This document shows, piece by piece, positions 49,217 to 56,959 of a stretch of DNA of 64,000 bases. The translations under genes and the position numbers were made by a program. Origin of the DNA: Bradymonadia bacterium (GTDB lineage Bacteria; Myxococcota_A; Bradymonadia; UBA7976; UBA1532); assembly GCA_046290225.1 (NCBI GenBank), contig JBKAGE010000003.1, forward strand, positions 1-64,000. Reading direction: 5' to 3'. The stretch's first letter is position 1; the number at the start of each line of letters is the position of its first letter. The notes under the pieces are model-generated. The model saw only the letters and a program-made list of their open reading frames with translations. It made no database searches and was not told where the DNA came from.

Positions 49217-51700
49217 GTGAGCACCGTGTCTGACCTACGCATCGATCTCGACCTTGAAGGCGCCGATCTCATTCGCATTCGCTGCGACGCACGAGGGCTC
49301 ACTGGTACCTCCGAGGCGCCTTGGGCCGGTGACGAGAGCCTCGCGGAGCTCGAGGCTCAAGTCCGCCTGCGCGAGGCCGCCATGGGTGCTTCGCGGGAGA
49401 TGTCCGCTCTGCTCGGGCGCTTGCTCTTCGGCGGTGAGGCTGGGGCGATCCTTCGAGAGGCGCTGGCCACCGATCCAGAGTCGGCCATCACCCTCACGGG
49501 ATCAGAGCGACTGCTCACTCTGCCCTGGGAGCTGGCCCGGGATCCAGAGACCGGACACCTGCCCACCCTCGATGGCGCCACCTTTGTCCGGGTCATCGGC
49601 AGCGCGCCCAGCCTCGACGGCGCGCCCCGTCGCGGGATCCTCACGATCCCAGCGGCCACGGGTGCTGGTCGGCTCGACGCCCTCACCGCCGTGACCCGCT
49701 CGTTGGCCCGGAAAGCAGAGGTCGACGTGTTTCCCTCTGAGCCGGTCACTGGCCTGGGCCTGCGGCGGGCGCTGTCGACGGGGGCACTCTTCATCCACTA
49801 CGCCGGCCTCGCCGCCAACGGTGCGCTGCTGTTGGACGATGGCAAGGTGCCTCTGGAGCGTACGGGTCTCAACGAGCGGTGTTGGATGGCCGTCATCGCC
49901 GGTACCCGCCCCGCTGAAGGCGCCGGCCCGGCTCTCCGTGCATTGGGTACCCCCCTCGTGGTTCAGTTCCAGCGTGAGCTCGCGCCCAAGGAGATCGGGG
50001 CCTTCAACCAGGCCTTTTACAAGGCGCTGGCCACAGGGTGCTCGGTGGCCACGGCGCTCCAAGCTGGCCGCGCCCGCCTCGTGAAGGCTTCCGGTGCAGA
50101 GTCTTTTGCTTGGATGGCGCCCATCGTCTGGTCGGCCCCAGGTCTCGGCCAGGGTGACTCCACAGCACTTGAGGCCTTCCCCCCGCCCTCCCGGGTGGTG
50201 GCGGCGCCAGAGCCCCTGGCTCCGGAAGCCACCCGCCCCGCGATGGTATCGGCGCCGGTTCAATCAGAGGAAGCCGGGTTGCGATCGGGGCTCGATCCTG
50301 TGGGCTACCCCTTCCCTGCACCCAACTTCATCCACGACACCCTGCGCCGTATCCAGGACGCTCACACCCATGGTGGTGGCACCAGCGCCGATCTCGAAGC
50401 CCGAGTGACTGCGATGCGCGCTCTGGGCACTGGCGCCACGGCAGCACCAGAGGGCATCCACCTCTCACCCGCTGAGCGTACGGCTCAGTTGGCGGATCAT
50501 CTCGTCGACGCCATCACCCACAGCGACGAGCCCCTCGCAGCCCCCTTCGACTTGAAGGCTCGGGTGGTGAAGCTCGCCGAGCAGCTCGGCGTGGACGAAG
50601 ATGCCCTGCTCGCTGCGAGCAGAGCGTTGCTCAGTCACCGTGCAATCAATCTCACAGGGCTCTCGAGCAGGCGCCGCCGTCAGGTGGCTGAGGGTCTCAC
50701 CGCCCTGATCTACGACCGACACCCGGTCATGGGTCACAGCGGCCAGCCACATGTCCACATCGAGGCCGGTGAGATCCCTCGAATCTCGGGGTGGGCCTGG
50801 CAGGCAGTCAGCCTGAATTGGCGACGAGACGAGCTGGATCCGCTCCAGCCTGGTCAACGGGCACCTCAGTCGAGGGTACCTGTGGTCGTACAATCAGGCG
50901 GAGAGCATACACACTATGCGGTCCGCCAGGGCGCGTGGGTCATCGTCACTGGCTCGACGTTCCGAGTCCAGGATCAGGCAGGCCTCGCCTCAGCCTTCTC
51001 CCAAAGCGTGTTGAGCCATGCAGAGGCGGGGCACCAGCTGTGGCTGCCCCTCAGCGCCGACTTCCGCCTCATCTTCACGGATCTCGGCAGGGCCGACTTC
51101 GAGGGCGTGCCGACCTTCGAACTCACCGCGCACAGCAAGGTGGCTCTAGAAGCCAGGGCCTGGCTCGCTGACATCGTGGCCACCACAGGGCATGGCGCAC
51201 CAGAAGAGCACCAGGAAGCCTGCCTCGAACACACGACTCTGGCCATCCACCGTCTGCGGCTGCTCGCCGAGATCCCGGGTGATCTCGGCCGGACGGTGCT
51301 TTCGGAAGCGCTGTGGTCCGATGAGCCACCTGTTCGAGCGGTCGATCAAGCTCTGGCCCGGGCAGTCACCGCTCTATCGCCAGGCACCCCAGCATCAGAG
51401 CTGGTACGCGATGTCTTCGCCGGGCGTTTCGAGTCGATCGTGAAGCTGTGTGATCGGCTGCTCGCCAACCAGGGCAACAGCCCCGAGGAGGCCTGGTCTC
51501 TCTGGTTCCGCCTGGGCACCTTCATCTCCACGGCCCCTGGGGCAGACGATACGATCCCCAACGCCGAAGCACTCAAGGCCATATGGTGGGCGCTCACCCC
51601 CACCCCAAGGGAGATCCTCCAGGGCTGGATGCCTCAGCTGAAGCAACAGAAGGCCCTGGAGCTGCCCCTCACAGCCATGGCACTCACCGGTCTGAAGTAG
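49217..51700 (+). CDS. Degenerate CHAT-like domain fused to a degenerate McrB/AAA-like region
   Basis: LGRLLF, LPWEL, FIHYAG, FYKALAxGxSVAxALxAGR and WxAP are CHAT hallmarks; C-terminal ALLSHRAINLTG...DFRLIFT resembles McrB-type AAA domains. Confidence 0.65.
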   Translation: MSTVSDLRIDLDLEGADLIRIRCDARGLTGTSEAPWAGDESLAELEAQVRLREAAMGASREMSALLGRLLFGGEAGAILREALATDPESAITLTGSERLLTLPWELARDPETGHLPTLDGATFVRVIGSAPSLDGAPRRGILTIPAATGAGRLDALTAVTRSLARKAEVDVFPSEPVTGLGLRRALSTGALFIHYAGLAANGALLLDDGKVPLERTGLNERCWMAVIAGTRPAEGAGPALRALGTPLVVQFQRELAPKEIGAFNQAFYKALATGCSVATALQAGRARLVKASGAESFAWMAPIVWSAPGLGQGDSTALEAFPPPSRVVAAPEPLAPEATRPAMVSAPVQSEEAGLRSGLDPVGYPFPAPNFIHDTLRRIQDAHTHGGGTSADLEARVTAMRALGTGATAAPEGIHLSPAERTAQLADHLVDAITHSDEPLAAPFDLKARVVKLAEQLGVDEDALLAASRALLSHRAINLTGLSSRRRRQVAEGLTALIYDRHPVMGHSGQPHVHIEAGEIPRISGWAWQAVSLNWRRDELDPLQPGQRAPQSRVPVVVQSGGEHTHYAVRQGAWVIVTGSTFRVQDQAGLASAFSQSVLSHAEAGHQLWLPLSADFRLIFTDLGRADFEGVPTFELTAHSKVALEARAWLADIVATTGHGAPEEHQEACLEHTTLAIHRLRLLAEIPGDLGRTVLSEALWSDEPPVRAVDQALARAVTALSPGTPASELVRDVFAGRFESIVKLCDRLLANQGNSPEEAWSLWFRLGTFISTAPGADDTIPNAEALKAIWWALTPTPREILQGWMPQLKQQKALELPLTAMALTGLK

Positions 51701-51767
51701 TCAGGGTTTATCCCCTCGACTCGCTCATGGCCTCTCGACGGAGACTCTCGGCGGAGAGGCTCCATGC

Positions 51768-54700
51768 TCAATCGAAGGTCTGCAGGGCCCGGAAGATCTC
51801 GGTGTAGATGTCGAGATCGACCACCTCGACGACGGAGCCCACGGCGCTGTCGACGATGTAGAGGTGATCGTCCAGGGGCAACCAGCTCATCTCCTGAGCC
51901 AGGCCGACGATGACAGAAGCTGATCGCGTGCTCCGCCCCGCCCGAGTCGTGAAGGTGAAGCTGGTCTCCACCATGTGAGGCAGGCGGCTCGTGGGCACGC
52001 CAGAGATGACGTCATCGCCCGCGCCGAGGTAGCCAAGCCGGAACCGGAACCACTCGTTCTCGAAGACATCACCCAGGTAAGTACGCCCGTGGCGGCCTGC
52101 AGCGAGACGCTCCTCGTCTGCCACACACTCTCCGCCGAGGTTCACGATCGAGTGGCGGTAGCCAGAGCGCGCCCCGGTGAGCAGCCACTGATCGTCGGCG
52201 ACGCGTACACGGTACTGAATGAACTGCGCAGCACACTCGAAAGGCGGCACCTGAGTCACGGCGTCGAGGGTCTGCACACTCGAACGATCGTCTCGTGGGA
52301 CCTGAGGCAAGTAGTCAGTGCGTGGATCCGGCTGCAGGACCATCCTGTGCTCTCCGACCTCCACCACTCGATAACGCAAAGGCTCGGCAGAAAGCTGGGC
52401 GTACAGGTTGGCACACACCGGAATCTCTGCCGCGGCGTCATCTGCAGGCACCATCTGATCCACCAGCACCACATCGTTCACCTGTATGCCGCGATCACAC
52501 AGGTCGACCTGGTAATCGAGCAGTGTCCAGGTCTCCGCCTCCGCCGTGGCGGGGTCGAGCGCCGAGAAGTAGGGCGGGCCATATTGCCCGGACCGGCTCT
52601 CAGTGCGTGGGAGCTCACCCTCGTAGGCCAGAGTGAAGTCGTCGGAGGGCACACGGCGAGGGTTCTCCTCAAGCACCTGAATGCCCTCGTACACATCGAC
52701 ACTGAACTGGGTGCGATCCCGGCTGCTCTGAAGGGCCTCTTCGGTCCCATCAGACTCGAAGCCGACGGGGGTGCACGGACCATTGGCGAGCAGGCTCGCG
52801 AGATCCCGGTCTGCTGAGGTCACCGGCTCCGCAGCGTCGAGCGTGGGATCCGGGCGGCAGAAAGTGGGGTGTCGCTGCCGCTCGTACCGGATCGCGGTCT
52901 CCTCCACCCGCAGCGTCGGAACGGTGGACACGAGGTTGGACATGCCCTGAGCCGTCGTGGACACGTTGGCGAGATCTTCCAAAAGGCGTCGGGTGCCTCC
53001 AAGGATCATCAGCGGATCCCGGAAACCGCGATCCCGATCAGCGTCGGCGTTGTCGGGATCGAGAAGAGAGACCGTGACCCCGAGGGCGCCGTTTGCCGGG
53101 ACCAGGCTGGTGAGCGCCTGACGATCAGCATCCGAGAGGGTTACCTCAAGCTGGAAACTCTCTGGTGAGAGAGGCAGAGCCCGTGAGTCCACAGCCATGG
53201 TGAACAGCGGGTGGGCCTCACCTGATGCGGTGGTACAGCTTTCGAGATCGTCCACGGTGGGACAGCTGTTCTCGGCACCCTCGCGGAACACCTGCTCGTT
53301 GCAGTAGCTGACGCAGTAGGCCACGCCATCCTCGAGGACGTAGTACTGACCGTTGAGAGTGAAGTCGTCGGTCCGGCGCTGGTAGTTCTCCAGTCGGGCA
53401 TAAATCGGACGACCGCTCTGATCCACCAACGGCGTGCGATCGGAGATCTCGACGCTGCGCAGCACACCACCACCGTCGAGGGTGAGCAGCGCGTCGGACT
53501 CACCTGGGATCTGGCGGGCCACCATCTGCTGCAGGTCGAGGCCAAAACGGAGCCGGCGCACACTGAGCGGGCCATCGAGCAAGGCAGCAGGATCACCGGG
53601 GAGCTCCACTCGATGGGGATCGCCCGTGGTGCGATCGAGGGCGTAGAGGAAATGACGCCTCTCACCATCCACCACGACCACCGGTGCCGTGAGCGCCGTG
53701 GGGCCAAGGCGCACAGCCTGCCCACCCTCATTGTCGTCGGAGGCTGCGTAGCAGTCAGGATCCGCGCTGCCATCAGGAGCGAAGTCGATCAATCCGTCGC
53801 CATCGTCGTCCACCCCGTTGGCGCACTCGGGGATCCGTTCGATCCCAAAGCGCCGAGGCGCGTCGAAATCGCGACAGCCAGGATCCTCAGAGTCGGTGAG
53901 GCCGTCGCCGTCATTGTCGATCCCGTCTCGACAGGGCGCACCTTCAGCGACCTCTTCCGGGAGAGACAAGGGCGTAGGCGGGCAGCCCTCTGGAGGGGTC
54001 TCCGTCAGCGCGATGTTGCACTCAGGGGGCACATCACAGTCTTCATCGACCTGACCATCAGCGTCATTGTCGATGCCATCTGCACACGTAGAGACTTCAC
54101 GACCCTCTTCCGTGGTGTCTGCCTCGTTGCGACAGTCCGGATCAGCGACATCGACGAGGCCATCACCATCGTTGTCGAGGCCATCTGCACACGCGGGGGT
54201 CGGGCGCTCCCAACGCACAGCCTCAGTGCAGTCGTCATCGATGGCGTCGACGAGGCCGTCACCATCGTTGTCCACATTGTCGAAGCACTCGTAGCGTTGC
54301 GGGCACTGAGCGCGGCTGGGCTCACCGGCGAGGGCTGCGGGTACGCCTTCCCAGCCCAGACCCTGAGCACACTCAGGATCATCCGCGTCGATGGTGCCGT
54401 CGCCATCATTGTCGAGGCCATCAGCGCACAAGGCCGCCTCGGCCAGATCGGTGATCACGCTGGTGAGGTACCCGTCATTGCACTCTCCAGGAGCCAGCTG
54501 CACCGTCACCTGGCGAGAGAAATCGGTGCGATCGACCACGGTGATCGAAGACGACTCCAGATGGGCGACGAAGAGGTAGAGCCCAGCCTCATCTGCGGCC
54601 AGTCGCCCAGGCAGAGCATCAGCGTCATCGAGCACCAGCGTGTCGATGATGACTGAGTCAGCTGTAGCCTCGGGATCAGCGAGGGCGTCGAGGTCGACGA

Positions 54701-55622
54701 CGAGGACCTGCCCCTCGTGGGGGGCGGAGATGAAGGCCAGGGCCGGAGCCCTCCACCACTCTTCGGTGGGCATGGCCGTGGGCGACGGCGTCACCAGCGC
54801 CTCGAGGATCGGCGTGGTCAAACCCAGAGAGACTGTGTGCGAAGGCAGCAGGCGATCCTCAGTGATGACCGTGAGACTCGCCGTGGTGGAGTTTACGGTG
54901 AAGACAAAGCGCCCACGAGGATGCGTACCGATGTCGGAGATGACGTCGTCGACAAAGATGGAGGTGTTCCCCGGGATCGTGCGGTCGACATCCTCAATGG
55001 CCGAATCGTCGCTGAGATCGATGAGGGCCACCTCTCCACGGCGGGCAGCAGAGACATAGGTCCGCAGCTCACCACCTCCGTCGGAGGCGCAGCGGATGGT
55101 CTGCGGACGAGGCGGCACGTCAGGACAACCATTTGCCGGGGTGCCCGCCCCTTCGGGCGTACGATCAGCGGGGATCCAGTCTCCGGTCTCGGGATCGGTG
55201 ATCGGCGTGCAGTCCCAGTCCACCTGACACCCGCGCTCGTCGTTCACCGGCTGGCACTCGTCGGGGTTCACCTCGACGAAGTCCACATTGCGCAGGAACC
55301 GCTCCGCCTCGTCATTGGGATCTTCCGCGGGGACCACCTCGATGGTCTGGCACGTACACGCCACACGGCCCAATGATCGGTAACCCGTCTGTAGAGGCCC
55401 TTCTTCAGTGAGGATCGCCCCCTCGGGATCAGGCACGATGCACCCACAGCCCGAAACCGGCACCCCGCCCCCAGGGGCGAGGCACTGGAACGTGAGAGCT
55501 TGTGGATCATCGAGGCGAGTGCGAGAGGGCAAGGACGAATCCTGGCACCCTGCGGCGAGCAGCAGCCCACCGATCATCAGCACGTGGAGTGGGGCCCACC
55601 GAAGGCCGTGGGTCATGCTCAC
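51768..55622 (-). CDS. Large lipoprotein with beta-propeller segments and six Asp-rich Cys-bounded repeats
   Basis: Lipobox LAAGC; YVTN-like blades; repeats of CxDGxDNDxDGxxD; GTGA overlap with the upstream gene. Confidence 0.8.
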   Translation of the reverse strand: MSMTHGLRWAPLHVLMIGGLLLAAGCQDSSLPSRTRLDDPQALTFQCLAPGGGVPVSGCGCIVPDPEGAILTEEGPLQTGYRSLGRVACTCQTIEVVPAEDPNDEAERFLRNVDFVEVNPDECQPVNDERGCQVDWDCTPITDPETGDWIPADRTPEGAGTPANGCPDVPPRPQTIRCASDGGGELRTYVSAARRGEVALIDLSDDSAIEDVDRTIPGNTSIFVDDVISDIGTHPRGRFVFTVNSTTASLTVITEDRLLPSHTVSLGLTTPILEALVTPSPTAMPTEEWWRAPALAFISAPHEGQVLVVDLDALADPEATADSVIIDTLVLDDADALPGRLAADEAGLYLFVAHLESSSITVVDRTDFSRQVTVQLAPGECNDGYLTSVITDLAEAALCADGLDNDGDGTIDADDPECAQGLGWEGVPAALAGEPSRAQCPQRYECFDNVDNDGDGLVDAIDDDCTEAVRWERPTPACADGLDNDGDGLVDVADPDCRNEADTTEEGREVSTCADGIDNDADGQVDEDCDVPPECNIALTETPPEGCPPTPLSLPEEVAEGAPCRDGIDNDGDGLTDSEDPGCRDFDAPRRFGIERIPECANGVDDDGDGLIDFAPDGSADPDCYAASDDNEGGQAVRLGPTALTAPVVVVDGERRHFLYALDRTTGDPHRVELPGDPAALLDGPLSVRRLRFGLDLQQMVARQIPGESDALLTLDGGGVLRSVEISDRTPLVDQSGRPIYARLENYQRRTDDFTLNGQYYVLEDGVAYCVSYCNEQVFREGAENSCPTVDDLESCTTASGEAHPLFTMAVDSRALPLSPESFQLEVTLSDADRQALTSLVPANGALGVTVSLLDPDNADADRDRGFRDPLMILGGTRRLLEDLANVSTTAQGMSNLVSTVPTLRVEETAIRYERQRHPTFCRPDPTLDAAEPVTSADRDLASLLANGPCTPVGFESDGTEEALQSSRDRTQFSVDVYEGIQVLEENPRRVPSDDFTLAYEGELPRTESRSGQYGPPYFSALDPATAEAETWTLLDYQVDLCDRGIQVNDVVLVDQMVPADDAAAEIPVCANLYAQLSAEPLRYRVVEVGEHRMVLQPDPRTDYLPQVPRDDRSSVQTLDAVTQVPPFECAAQFIQYRVRVADDQWLLTGARSGYRHSIVNLGGECVADEERLAAGRHGRTYLGDVFENEWFRFRLGYLGAGDDVISGVPTSRLPHMVETSFTFTTRAGRSTRSASVIVGLAQEMSWLPLDDHLYIVDSAVGSVVEVVDLDIYTEIFRALQTFD
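53751..54428 (-). repeat. Six imperfect CxDGxDNDxDGxxD(xxDPxC) putative Ca-binding repeats
   Basis: CADGLDNDGDGTID, CFDNVDNDGDGLVD, CADGLDNDGDGLVD, CADGIDNDADGQVD, CRDGIDNDGDGLTD, CANGVDDDGDGLID. Confidence 0.85.
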
Positions 55623-56959
55623 TGCAAGCTCGCTTTCACGGTGAATCGATCCGCAGAGTCGGGATCGACATCGACCACCATCATCCGGCTCTCTTGAAAG
55701 GCCCCCACATAGGCCATCAGGCGGCCATCTGCGTCAGGCAGAAATGAGATCTCGTGGGGCCCGCGGTCCACGGGGATACGGGCCACCACCGAGAGCGTCG
55801 TGGGATCCACCACCACCACCAGGTCGTCGGTGAAGGAGGAGATGTACACCAGGCCCTCACCACGGGCGTCGACGATCTCGTCGATCAACCCCTGAGTACG
55901 ACCACCTGCCGGACGGACCTCCGGGCTGCTTCCACCGCGCAAGCCTGCCACCCGAACGACATTGGGCCCCGTACCGAGGGGGATCGCTGCGACGAGTCGG
56001 TTTCTCGGCTGGCCAAAGCGATCCACGGAGGTGTCGTACACCCTCAAGGCCCCTTCGGTGGCGCTGGCGACGTACATCAGCGTGCCATCAGCGCTGAAGG
56101 CGATCCCCCGGGTTCGACCCCCCGTGATGGTGTCGTCCAGACCAATGACGTCGCGAATCTCCATGCGACACACATCGCGACTGGTGAACCCGCGGCGACC
56201 CCGGTCCAGGGGATCCAGAGTCTCCACCGAGTGCATCGCCTGACCGAATCGATCAGTGACGTACGCCCAGCCGAGCGTCGGGTGTCGAGCCACGGAGCTG
56301 GCCCCGTTGGGCAGCGTCACGGTGCAGTCGCCCACGGGGGTGCCATCCTCGGTAAAGTGCCATCGAGAGAGCACACCTCGCTCGAGGTGGGTCATGTAGA
56401 GCCCCTCAGCGTCGAGGGACAAACCGTAGGGATCTCCGGAGAGTCGATCCGACTGGTTCATCCCCAACATACGCTCGATGCTCGCCCCTGCCCCACAGGT
56501 CGTGTCGGACCCTTGATCGCATTGAAGGTGATCTTGTGCATCCCCCGCCTCGGCATCTACCTGGATGACCACCAGCCGATCGTCATCTCGGGTGGGCACC
56601 AGCAACTGCACGGTGTCGTCGGCAGTGCGATGCACCGAGATCTCCCCAGCGAAGAGGCCGATCCGCACCGTGGCGTTCTCCAGGATGCGCCGCTCGAAGG
56701 TGTCATACACCGTCACCGTGCCGGCGTTGTAGCGCCGATCGAAGCCGGAGTTGGCCACGTAGAGGTATCGCCCGTCCGGGTGGGCGGCGATGCCCAAGGG
56801 GAAATAGAGCGCGTCCACCAGGGGTGGATCCCCTGTCGTCTCGGTGCCACACCCGCCAGAGAAGAGCGCAACGGACATGAGGCCCGCGGCACAGCAGGCG
56901 GTCACGGACCGCGCCGTCATCTGACGGACCACCGAAGCAAAACTCGAAGCGATACTCAA
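55619..56959 (-). CDS. YncE/YVTN-type beta-propeller lipoprotein
   Basis: Lipobox-like SGGC, YFPLGIAAHPDGRYLYVANS, GIAFSADGTLMYVAS, IPVDRGPH; start uncertain. Confidence 0.8.
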   Translation of the reverse strand: MSIASSFASVVRQMTARSVTACCAAGLMSVALFSGGCGTETTGDPPLVDALYFPLGIAAHPDGRYLYVANSGFDRRYNAGTVTVYDTFERRILENATVRIGLFAGEISVHRTADDTVQLLVPTRDDDRLVVIQVDAEAGDAQDHLQCDQGSDTTCGAGASIERMLGMNQSDRLSGDPYGLSLDAEGLYMTHLERGVLSRWHFTEDGTPVGDCTVTLPNGASSVARHPTLGWAYVTDRFGQAMHSVETLDPLDRGRRGFTSRDVCRMEIRDVIGLDDTITGGRTRGIAFSADGTLMYVASATEGALRVYDTSVDRFGQPRNRLVAAIPLGTGPNVVRVAGLRGGSSPEVRPAGGRTQGLIDEIVDARGEGLVYISSFTDDLVVVVDPTTLSVVARIPVDRGPHEISFLPDADGRLMAYVGAFQESRMMVVDVDPDSADRFTVKASLQ

